From: Bacteroidales bacterium
Lineage (GTDB): Bacteria > Bacteroidota > Bacteroidia > Bacteroidales > VadinHA17
NCBI GenBank assembly: GCA_036261255.1
Contig: DATALD010000073.1
Coordinates: forward strand, 12,653-76,652
Reading direction: 5' to 3'
Length of the DNA stretch: 64,000 bases
Shown: positions 19,948-28,629 of the stretch, piece after piece
Layout: each line of letters starts with the position of its first letter
Numbering within the stretch: position 1 is the first letter of the stretch
Notes under the pieces: model-generated
The model's input: only the letters and a program-made list of their open reading frames with translations
Databases searched by the model: none
Told to the model about the DNA's origin: nothing
Position numbers and translations under genes: made by a program

Positions 19948-21219
19948 ATGAACATTCTTATTCTTGGTTCAGGTGGAAGAGAGCATGCCCTTGCCTGGAA
20001 ATTATCACAGAGTCAACGAGTCGACAAGATTTTCATAGGTCCCGGCAATGCAGGTACTGCGACAATCGGGACAAACCTTAAAATTGATCCAGTTAATTTC
20101 ACTGAAGTTAAAACTGCCGTCCTTAGTAATAATATAGGGCTTGTTGTTGTCGGACCCGAAGTCCCGCTTGTTGAGGGGATTCATGATTTTTTTCTTGGTG
20201 ATGCTGATCTGAAAAAAGTACCTGTAATTGGGCCTTCAGCACCAGGGGCACGACTTGAAGGAAGCAAGGATTTTGCAAAAGGTTTTCTTGTCAGACACGG
20301 TATTCCGACAGCGGCTTACAAAAGTTTTAGTCAGAGAAATATTATTGAGGTGTCTTCTTTTCTTAGGACAATGAAACCTCCGTATGTAATTAAAGCAGAT
20401 GGTTTGGCTGCAGGGAAGGGTGTTCTTATTATAGACGATTTAAAAGAAGCGGAGAACGAGGTTAATGCAATACTGAAGGGTAAATTTGGCAACGCAGGTA
20501 ACAAGGTTGTTATTGAGCAGTTCCTTAAAGGAATTGAAGTTTCTGTTTTTATTATTACTGACGGGAAAAGTTATAAGCTACTACCTGAAGCAAAAGACTA
20601 CAAAAGAATTGGAGAAGGAGACACAGGATTAAACACTGGCGGAATGGGCGCTGTTTCCCCAGTTCCTTTTGCTGATAAGACCTTTATGGAAAAAGTAAAA
20701 GATCGGATTATTGAGCCTACGATGAAGGGACTGAAATCTGAAAATATAGTATATAAAGGCTTTATATTTTTTGGCCTGATAAATGTCGAAGGTGATCCTT
20801 ATGTTATTGAATACAATGCACGACTAGGAGATCCTGAATCGGAGGTGATAATACCAAGGATCAAAAGTGATTTTTTCGATATTATTGACGGCGTTGCAAT
20901 GGGTGATCTTCATAACCGTGAACTCATTTTTGATGAGAGAACCGTGACTACTGTTATGCTTGTATCAGGAGGTTACCCCGGCGATTATGAGAAGAACAAG
21001 GAGATCGGGGGTCTGGATAAAGTTAAGGGCAGTATTGCTTTTCATGCAGGAACGAAATTATCAGGTGACAAAGTTGTAACATCAGGTGGAAGGGTACTTG
21101 CAATAAGTTCATGGGGCAGCTCAATTGATGAGGCTCTTTTACAGTCGTATAATAACGCAAGGCTCATTACTTTTGAAGGTATGTATTACAGGTCTGATAT
21201 AGGATTTGATCTTAAATAA
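19948..21219 (+). CDS. purD: Phosphoribosylamine--glycine ligase
   Basis: MNILILGSGGREHALAWKL...VIKADGLAAGKGV...NTGGMGAVSP...EYNARLGDPE. Confidence 0.95.
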   Translation: MNILILGSGGREHALAWKLSQSQRVDKIFIGPGNAGTATIGTNLKIDPVNFTEVKTAVLSNNIGLVVVGPEVPLVEGIHDFFLGDADLKKVPVIGPSAPGARLEGSKDFAKGFLVRHGIPTAAYKSFSQRNIIEVSSFLRTMKPPYVIKADGLAAGKGVLIIDDLKEAENEVNAILKGKFGNAGNKVVIEQFLKGIEVSVFIITDGKSYKLLPEAKDYKRIGEGDTGLNTGGMGAVSPVPFADKTFMEKVKDRIIEPTMKGLKSENIVYKGFIFFGLINVEGDPYVIEYNARLGDPESEVIIPRIKSDFFDIIDGVAMGDLHNRELIFDERTVTTVMLVSGGYPGDYEKNKEIGGLDKVKGSIAFHAGTKLSGDKVVTSGGRVLAISSWGSSIDEALLQSYNNARLITFEGMYYRSDIGFDLK

Positions 21220-21221
21220 AT

Positions 21222-22217
21222 ATGTTACTTAGGGAATTCAAAAGAACAGGGCCTCTGACAATATTCCTGATTATTGTTATTCTCATCCTCTTATGGGTAG
21301 GGGCTTTTTACAGGATAAGGCGGCAGTTCTCATGGTATTTTGATATTGATTCAATGCCGTTTTATGAGTTTATGTCTGGTTTGACAGGCACACACCCTGT
21401 TCCGGGAATTGCTTTCTCTTTTCTTCTTGTTGGGCTTATGGCTTTTCTTGTTGTTAATCTTAATACATCACTTTTCTTCATAAACGAAAGAACATTCCTC
21501 CCTGCATTGTTTTACATTCTCATAACTGCACTTGTTCCACATTATCAGGTTATGAATCCTGCTATTTTTGCAGCTGTATTCCTGATGCTGGCTATAAGGA
21601 GGATTATGGATTCATACCGTGTGCAGGGGACTGCTTACTGCTTTTTTGATGCAGGAATACTGATCTCTATCGGAAGCCTGTTTTATGCAAACCTTGTTTG
21701 GTTCTCCAGTTTGATATTTATTGGTATGTCATTGCTTAGGACGTGGAGTATTAAGGAAATCGTTGTTTCTTTCCTTGGCTTACTAACTCCGTTTGTACTA
21801 ACTCCGGCTATTTACTATGTTTTTGGAGAAGATCCTGAGACAATATTCTCGATGTTTGCCTATAACCTTTTTGGCAGACATTCTTTATCAACATTCGGTA
21901 TTGTTATTATTGCCGGGTTCTTCGTTACTTCTATTCTAACCTTGGTAGCAATTTCTCATCTACTTGCCACGATTAATAGCAAGAAAATCCAATCGAGGAA
22001 AACCTTCTTTCTTTTGTTATGGGTGTTTTTCATCTCCATAGCAGTATATATGATGATGCCTTCTGTGTCTGCCGAGATGATTTGGATTACAAGTATACCA
22101 GTAAGCTATTTCCTGTCACACTACTTTGTCTTCCAGAAGAAGAAAATTTCTGAGATAATTTTTAGTGTATTCCTGTTTGTGATTTTGTTCGTCCAGATAT
22201 GGTACCTTACAAAGTGA
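21222..22217 (+). CDS. Polytopic inner-membrane protein of unknown function
   Basis: About 9 hydrophobic helices. Starts 2 bp after the purD stop. Confidence 0.6.
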   Translation: MLLREFKRTGPLTIFLIIVILILLWVGAFYRIRRQFSWYFDIDSMPFYEFMSGLTGTHPVPGIAFSFLLVGLMAFLVVNLNTSLFFINERTFLPALFYILITALVPHYQVMNPAIFAAVFLMLAIRRIMDSYRVQGTAYCFFDAGILISIGSLFYANLVWFSSLIFIGMSLLRTWSIKEIVVSFLGLLTPFVLTPAIYYVFGEDPETIFSMFAYNLFGRHSLSTFGIVIIAGFFVTSILTLVAISHLLATINSKKIQSRKTFFLLLWVFFISIAVYMMMPSVSAEMIWITSIPVSYFLSHYFVFQKKKISEIIFSVFLFVILFVQIWYLTK

Positions 22218-22218
22218 G

Positions 22219-22647
22219 TTATTTTACCATTGACACAACACCGACACCAGAACCCTGTTGCCAGTTCTCGAAATCATAACAGAGCTTATATATACCGCTT
22301 TTGTTGCAGGTAAAATCTATGTAAGGGAAAACTCTTCCTGTTTTCTGATCGAAGGATGAAAGGATGACCTTATTATTCTCATCCCTAATAGTCAGTATGA
22401 GCTTTGCAGCAGAGTTCTCAGCATTACACATTGAAAAACGATACTTTGTGTTTTTCCAGAGAGACATATTTGCTTTGTAACGAAGATCTTTCTGGTTCTC
22501 TCCTTTTCCAAGCTGAATTCTGAAATCCTTAAGGTATTTCGCATTCGATCCAGCATTTAATGCGCACTGCATTATGAGAGGATCATTAGTCTGGCCTGAC
22601 AAAATGTTTGTCAGCAAAAAAGCAAAAAGCATCAAAAAAGCTTTCAT
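22219..22647 (-). CDS. Small secreted hypothetical protein
   Basis: Signal peptide (LLTNILSGQ) and four Cys. It is the last gene of the ABC-lipoprotein-small protein minus-strand string, with a 1-bp gap to the upstream gene. Confidence 0.5.
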   Translation of the reverse strand: MKAFLMLFAFLLTNILSGQTNDPLIMQCALNAGSNAKYLKDFRIQLGKGENQKDLRYKANMSLWKNTKYRFSMCNAENSAAKLILTIRDENNKVILSSFDQKTGRVFPYIDFTCNKSGIYKLCYDFENWQQGSGVGVVSMVK

Positions 22648-22648
22648 A

Positions 22649-23560
22649 CTAATTATTTAAAATAAGCCTGTTCCTGATATCCTTTGTAATTTCAATTATT
22701 TCCTCAAGTTGTTCATCTGTCATTTCGACTTCGCTTCTTTCAGTCTGAACAACTTCAATCATGCCATTTGATTCAATTGTAAAAGGCTCTCCCTGGGAGT
22801 AGGTAATACGTACATCCCTGTAAGCGACTCTTATCATCTCAAGGTCTTTGCAAAGACTTCTGAATTCTTTGTCGCGGCTGCAATAAGGACTAAGAAGCAG
22901 AATCAGATCATTAAGTATTATTTTCTGCTCGCCTATCCTGTCCCTGAGCATCTTGTCAGAGTATTTATCCATGACCTGTGTTGCAAGGTATTGGCCTTCA
23001 ATCCAGACACCAATTATCATTAGAGCTGAAAGCTGACCGCGATCATTATTCCTCAGGTAATTGTCAATAGTTGTATAAGAATCGATCGAGATAAACAGGA
23101 GTGAGTCGAGATTTGATTTGTTCTCTGATAGCCTTCTAATAGATTCAAAATCAAAGAACTGGCCAACTTTAAGATCTTCTGATAGCTGTCTTATTGATGA
23201 GAGAAGGTCAAGTGATGATCCTGTTTTTTCGTACATATTAAGGTAACCTAAGTCGGCCCCGAGTATCCCTAGTTTAATAGCTTTGTCAAAGTTGGTACTT
23301 TGCCTTTTTGCATCAATTGATGAGGCCAGGTAATCAGGTGAAAACGGCACTTCCATTGTTTGCAGAAGGTTTGCTATTTCAACTGGTGAAGCGATATTTC
23401 TTGATATATCAGCAATTGCTTCGGGACTTAGCTTTTCTGCTTCTGAAATTGGAATTGAATCAGATTCAGGGAATACAAACTCGTTATTGCTGTCTGAGAC
23501 GTTCCTGCAAGAGAAACATAACACGACAGGAAACATTAGTAACAGTATTTTTCGTCTCAT
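22649..23560 (-). CDS. Hypothetical lipoprotein
   Basis: Lipobox VVLCFSC. No family recognised. Confidence 0.5.
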   Translation of the reverse strand: MRRKILLLMFPVVLCFSCRNVSDSNNEFVFPESDSIPISEAEKLSPEAIADISRNIASPVEIANLLQTMEVPFSPDYLASSIDAKRQSTNFDKAIKLGILGADLGYLNMYEKTGSSLDLLSSIRQLSEDLKVGQFFDFESIRRLSENKSNLDSLLFISIDSYTTIDNYLRNNDRGQLSALMIIGVWIEGQYLATQVMDKYSDKMLRDRIGEQKIILNDLILLLSPYCSRDKEFRSLCKDLEMIRVAYRDVRITYSQGEPFTIESNGMIEVVQTERSEVEMTDEQLEEIIEITKDIRNRLILNN

Positions 23561-23603
23561 TAATGGTCAGATTCTTAACACAAAAATAAAAAAAAACAAA
23601 CAG

Positions 23604-26600
23604 TCAGCCCTTTTTTAAAAAGTTTTTTCTGATGCTCAGCTTTTCAAAAAAATTGACAGCTGTCCCAAAAATTTCAAAATGCAATGTGAAATATAACGCT
23701 ATAGTGCTAAGAAGAACCAAGGTTATATTAAAGGAGAAAGTCTCAACTTTTATTCCAAATATATATTTCGAAGGCGCAAAAAAATGCGTCCTGAAGTTTA
23801 GGAAGCTTTTCTCTGCAGGATCAAGATATACTGGATCAGTGTTCTGAATAAGGGTGTTATTGTAAAGTAGTGTTTTCCTTCTTTCATAAGGCTTTGTTAC
23901 AAGCTCTTTAAGGCTGTAATTATAATATTCATTCTCTAGGTTCTTAAGTTTATCTCCATTCAAATTAATAAAACCATCCATAAGATCACTTAAAGAATTT
24001 GAAAACATATTGAATGATTTTTCGGCGCTATTGAGGTATGATTCTATTGAATCGGCAGCCGCCTGATTAAATTCTGCCGGTTGAAGACTGTTCCAATATT
24101 TGAATTCCGGAATCCCTTCAATAGAAGATAACTTATGAAGTTCGTTATTTATAAAAGTGAGTTTGGAGTCATCTGTTTTATTATTGTAATCTAAGACAGA
24201 GGTCTTAAGTGCGTCCCTTAATGCCGGTATTCTGTGAATTTTGTTGAAGTTGGCTATACTAATCTTCTTTTGGATGTCATAGTATGTCTCTCCATCTTTG
24301 TCATAAGCCACCTTGCTGAATTTATTATCCTTAAACTGGCTTACAATCAATGCTTCATAGGTCCACCTGGTGGGCATTATCTCCGCAATGACAGGAACCT
24401 TTTCTACACTGCCAATCTTCCTGTTTAGTTTATCAAAGGGGAACATTGCACCGCTAAGAACCATCATAGGGATTATAAGAAGAGGTATTACAATATAGAT
24501 TGTTATCGCCGAATTGAATGAAGCTGAAATATTCAGGCCTATCATGTTAGCGCAGAACGATGTTGCAAAAAGAGCGAGCCAGTAATGCAAATACATTCCC
24601 TTTATCTCAAGTATATTGTTGGCAATGATTATAAAAAGAAATGTCTGTATGGCTGAAATAACGATTAGGATGGCGACTTTTGAAAGCAGGTAACTTGTGC
24701 GGCTAAGATTGAGGAACCGTTCTCTTTTCAGAATCTTCCTGTCGCGAAATATTTCTTCTGCACTTATCGTGAGACCCAGGAAGAGAGCAACGATAAGACT
24801 CATGAAAATATAAATGGGAATATTCTCATTTTCTGCAAATATGTAAACGTTTGAATCAGGATCAGGGATGTATCTTATTATACCTGATAAAATAAACCCA
24901 AGTATTGGTGCTTCAAGCATGGTGAGCAAAACATATTGTCTGTTTGCAAGTTTTCCCCTGATGTCCCTTGAAAGGTATATTCTTAATTGTTCAAAAATCC
25001 CCGGACGTTCAAGATTGCTGTGAGGCTTCTGCTTAACTTCGGCTGGAGGTGTAAAAGGATATTTTGAATTAAAAGAAGCAGCCCATTCGTCCGGTTTCAC
25101 TTTTCTCTTCTCGGTGTATTTTCCGAATTCATCTACTACCTGTGTTTCGATTATATTGAAAATCGTTTCAGGATTAACATTACCGCATTGGGGGCATTCT
25201 CCAATATGAGAATTTATTTGTGAATCAAGGGTCCTGAAATGTATTACGGCATCAACAGGATAACCGAAGAACGCCATATATCCACCTTTGTCAAGAATCA
25301 AGACCTTATCGAACATCTTGAATATTTCTGATGAAGGCTGGTGAATAATTGTGAAGATCAACTTGCCTTTCAAAGCAAGATCACGCAAGAGATCCATAAG
25401 GTTTTCGGAATCACGCGACGAAAGCCCTGAAGTTGGCTCATCGAGAAACATTACCGAGGGTTCGCGGATAAGCTCAAGAGCAATGTTTAATCTTTTCCTC
25501 TGGCCACCGCTTATCATTTTGTTAAATGGCGATCCCACTTTAAGATCTTTTTTCTCAAGCAATCCAAGATTTGAAAGGGTTTGTGACACCACTAACCTTA
25601 TTTCTTCGTCAGTTTTCTTGCTGAAACACTGGTATGCAGCATAATAAAGGTTTTCAAACACAGTAAGGTCTTCAATGAGCAAATCGTCCTGCGGTACAAG
25701 TCCGAAGACACCTTCAAGATCTTTAGCATGGGAATGGACATCAAGTCCGTTTATCCTGACAGAACCTTCAGTTGGCTTAAGAATGCCACTAATAATGTTC
25801 ATCAGGGTCGTTTTTCCCGATCCGCTGGCGCCCATTAAGCCAATTAGTTTCCCTTCGTCGGTAGAAAAACTGATATTATAAACCGCAGCTTGCCCATCCT
25901 TGAACCGGTATGTGATATTCTCAGCTACAAAAGATATCCTGTGAGTTATATTCTCTGAAATAAAACACGAAGATATATCGCTATAAAAAATAGCATGTCC
26001 CTGTGTGCTCTTTATCGAGGCGCCTTTTGCAAAAGAATAAATCACACCTGCAGTGACAGGCAATCCATTAAGGTAGAACTGATCTTCCGAAAAGTATTTA
26101 ATGAAGTATAGATCAACACTATCAATCCTCAGCACAACTATCCTGGCGTCCTGGTAACCCGATTGCATTTTCTTTGCTAGGCAAGACTCTTCATTTCCAG
26201 GCCCGAAAAAAAGGATTGCAGGGTTTTTGAGATCTTCAAAAGTATGGTTTTTAACAAATTGCTCAATAGCAGACAATTCATTCGGGCTGATCCTGAAAAC
26301 TTCTGCAACAGTATTGATAATGTTCATACGCTGAAGCGTGAACTTTTTATCCGAATTGATGAGCTCATACAAACGCATAAGCACAACAACTTTCTGCTCC
26401 TGGTTAAGGGTTCGGTTTATCTTTTTACAGATACCGAAAATCTTAACAGAATCCTTTACTGATGGAGAAACAGAACGGATGGTGTTTTTCTCGAGAACCG
26501 GTCCGGCATGCTTGTCGAACAATGACATATATTCCTGAACCGATTCCCTTGTAAGCTGTTTGTTAAGAAATCGCAAAACATATTCCCTCTCTGACATGAG

Positions 26601-26669
26601 GATACCATCATCCTGCTTCACTACAACAGCAAAAAGCTCCATTAATGCTTTCAGGATTTCCTCACTCAT
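23604..26669 (-). CDS. Fused ABC transporter (ATPase + ABC-2-type permease) with ~260-aa N-terminal extension
   Basis: Walker A GASGSGKTTL, signature ISGGQRKRLNIA, Walker B VMFLDEPTSGLS. C-terminal multi-TM permease. The N-terminal helical segment resembles a TerB-like fold (weak call). Confidence 0.85.
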   Translation of the reverse strand: MSEEILKALMELFAVVVKQDDGILMSEREYVLRFLNKQLTRESVQEYMSLFDKHAGPVLEKNTIRSVSPSVKDSVKIFGICKKINRTLNQEQKVVVLMRLYELINSDKKFTLQRMNIINTVAEVFRISPNELSAIEQFVKNHTFEDLKNPAILFFGPGNEESCLAKKMQSGYQDARIVVLRIDSVDLYFIKYFSEDQFYLNGLPVTAGVIYSFAKGASIKSTQGHAIFYSDISSCFISENITHRISFVAENITYRFKDGQAAVYNISFSTDEGKLIGLMGASGSGKTTLMNIISGILKPTEGSVRINGLDVHSHAKDLEGVFGLVPQDDLLIEDLTVFENLYYAAYQCFSKKTDEEIRLVVSQTLSNLGLLEKKDLKVGSPFNKMISGGQRKRLNIALELIREPSVMFLDEPTSGLSSRDSENLMDLLRDLALKGKLIFTIIHQPSSEIFKMFDKVLILDKGGYMAFFGYPVDAVIHFRTLDSQINSHIGECPQCGNVNPETIFNIIETQVVDEFGKYTEKRKVKPDEWAASFNSKYPFTPPAEVKQKPHSNLERPGIFEQLRIYLSRDIRGKLANRQYVLLTMLEAPILGFILSGIIRYIPDPDSNVYIFAENENIPIYIFMSLIVALFLGLTISAEEIFRDRKILKRERFLNLSRTSYLLSKVAILIVISAIQTFLFIIIANNILEIKGMYLHYWLALFATSFCANMIGLNISASFNSAITIYIVIPLLIIPMMVLSGAMFPFDKLNRKIGSVEKVPVIAEIMPTRWTYEALIVSQFKDNKFSKVAYDKDGETYYDIQKKISIANFNKIHRIPALRDALKTSVLDYNNKTDDSKLTFINNELHKLSSIEGIPEFKYWNSLQPAEFNQAAADSIESYLNSAEKSFNMFSNSLSDLMDGFINLNGDKLKNLENEYYNYSLKELVTKPYERRKTLLYNNTLIQNTDPVYLDPAEKSFLNFRTHFFAPSKYIFGIKVETFSFNITLVLLSTIALYFTLHFEIFGTAVNFFEKLSIRKNFLKKG

Positions 26670-27009
26670 AGAAATTCAGCTTTTCAGGAATGTCGAAAAT
26701 AATAAAAACAAATTAGATTTTAAAAAGAGAAATTCATCGATCTTACGGTCTGATCCTGTCTGCTGAGTGAAATTTGCATTATCAAAACAGTCACATATTC
26801 ATATAGTTACAATTTATTTTATTTTTTTTTGAAAAAAGTTGCAAAAAGAGGGTAACAAAATAATGCCATTTCCCATTAAACATTACAAAGCTGATGAAAG
26901 ATGGCATTCGAATACTTGCCAATACTGCTAAACCAGGAAAACCCAAACTTCCGCCAGGAATGTTTTTGAAATCTCTGTGATTTCTTTAGAGTGCCATCTT
27001 TCTCTTTTT

Positions 27010-27112
27010 GTTATGTTGTTATGTCGTTATGCCGTTAATTTGTAAAGCATTTAACGTCATAACCTCATAACGTCATAGCGTCATAACGCCATAACATTCT
27101 AACGTCATAACG
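27010..27112. repeat. Inverted arrays of an 8-bp unit (AACGTCAT): ~3.4 units reversed, 16-bp spacer, ~7.5 units direct
   Basis: Left arm gttatgttgttatgtcgttatgccgtt (27010-27036). Right arm aacgtcat aacctcat aacgtcat agcgtcat aacgccat aacattct aacgtcat aacg (27053-27112). The last unit overlaps the gltD stop codon. The whole region can fold as a long imperfect hairpin. Confidence 0.85.
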
Positions 27113-28523
27113 AATTAAGGAAACGGTTAATTTCAAACGCGGCTTTTCTTCCTGATGCTATAGCATTTACAACAAGGCTTGCCCCAGAAGCAGAATCTCC
27201 TGCGGCAAAGACCTTATTAATGCTGGTCTTGTAGTTTGTTATTTTCAAATTGTTCCTGCCATCGAGCTCAAGCCCAAGTTCGGAGATTAACCCCGGGAGT
27301 ACAGGATGCACAAACCCCATTGCAAGCAGTACAATGTCGGCTTCGAGTACCTTTGTTGAGCCAGCTATGGGCGACATCGTATATTTACCTTCAGAATATT
27401 TCCACTCCACTTCTTGAGCCTCTATGCCTGTCAGCTTTCCTTCGGCCCCGATAAACCTGACTGCCGAGGTATTCCAGATTCTTATACAACCTTCTTCATG
27501 AGAAGTTGATGTTTTCAATACTTTGGCAAAGTAAGGCCATGGGTTGTTTTCGAGACGTGATAATGGAGGTTTGGGCAATATCTCAACCTGTGTTATGCTT
27601 GCGGCCCTTTGTCTCTTGGCCGTCCCTACACAGTCTGAACCGGTATCGCCACCGCCGAGAACGATAACCCTTTTATTCTCAGCATTAAGATAATTTGCAG
27701 ATTGTGCTAACTCCCCAGAGTTTACTTTATTCTGGAGAGACAGGTAGTCCATTGCAAAATGTATTCCCTCTAAATCTCTCCCTTCAATATTGAGATCACG
27801 TGGTGTACCTGATCCTGTTGAGATGCATATTGCATCAAATGAACCAAGTAATTCACCGGAAGATATGTCAACAGCAACATTTACACCAGTTTTAAAAATT
27901 ATACCTTCCTTTAAAAATATATTGAGTCTCCTGTCGATTATACCTTTGTTAAGCTTAAAGTCGGGAATGCCATATCTGAGTAAGCCTCCGACTTTTTGAT
28001 TCTTTTCAAATATCGTTACGGTATGACCCATCTGGTTAAGAATGTCAGCGGCCGCAAGACCTGCAGGGCCACTTCCTACTATTGCTACTCTTTTTCCTGT
28101 CCTGTGTTTGGGAGGGGAGGGCTTAACATAACCTTCGGCAAAGGCTCTCTCAACTATTGCGGCTTCATTTTCCCTGATTGTAACAGGTTCGTGTGAAATG
28201 TTAAGGACACAAGAGTGTTCGCAGCTTGCCGGGCAAATTCTTCCTGTGAATTCAGGAAAGTTATTCGTTGAATGAAGACGTTCATAAGCTTTTTTCCATT
28301 CCCCTTTGAATAAAAGATCGTTCCATTCAGGTATCAGGTTATCAACAGGACACATCCAATGACAGAAAGGTATGCCGCAATCCATGCATCTTGATGCTTG
28401 TAGCATGCGATCCTCGCTGTTCAATGTCTGCTCAACTTCACTGTGATCGGATATTCGTTCAATTACCGGCCTGTTCCCGGCTTCTTTTCTTTTTATCTTT
28501 AGAAATCCATTTATATCGCCCAT
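27105..28523 (-). CDS. gltD: Glutamate synthase (NADPH) small subunit
   Basis: N-terminal Fe-S Cys pattern (CMDCGIPFCH...CPV), VAIVGSGPAGLAAA dinucleotide fold, and the C-terminal FAAGD motif. Confidence 0.95.
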   Translation of the reverse strand: MGDINGFLKIKRKEAGNRPVIERISDHSEVEQTLNSEDRMLQASRCMDCGIPFCHWMCPVDNLIPEWNDLLFKGEWKKAYERLHSTNNFPEFTGRICPASCEHSCVLNISHEPVTIRENEAAIVERAFAEGYVKPSPPKHRTGKRVAIVGSGPAGLAAADILNQMGHTVTIFEKNQKVGGLLRYGIPDFKLNKGIIDRRLNIFLKEGIIFKTGVNVAVDISSGELLGSFDAICISTGSGTPRDLNIEGRDLEGIHFAMDYLSLQNKVNSGELAQSANYLNAENKRVIVLGGGDTGSDCVGTAKRQRAASITQVEILPKPPLSRLENNPWPYFAKVLKTSTSHEEGCIRIWNTSAVRFIGAEGKLTGIEAQEVEWKYSEGKYTMSPIAGSTKVLEADIVLLAMGFVHPVLPGLISELGLELDGRNNLKITNYKTSINKVFAAGDSASGASLVVNAIASGRKAAFEINRFLNSL

Positions 28524-28629
28524 TTGTTTCTTTTTTGATACTTTACTAATTTATTCTTAAGTCCCAGGGTGGTGAGAAGAAAAACATTTTGGCTGTACTT
28601 TTTATCTCACCATTTTCTACATTTTGAGA

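Noticed and set aside
27010-27112. Possible CRISPR array
   Set aside because: The repeat unit is only 8 bp with no spacers. The arrays are in inverted orientation, and there are no cas genes in the window.
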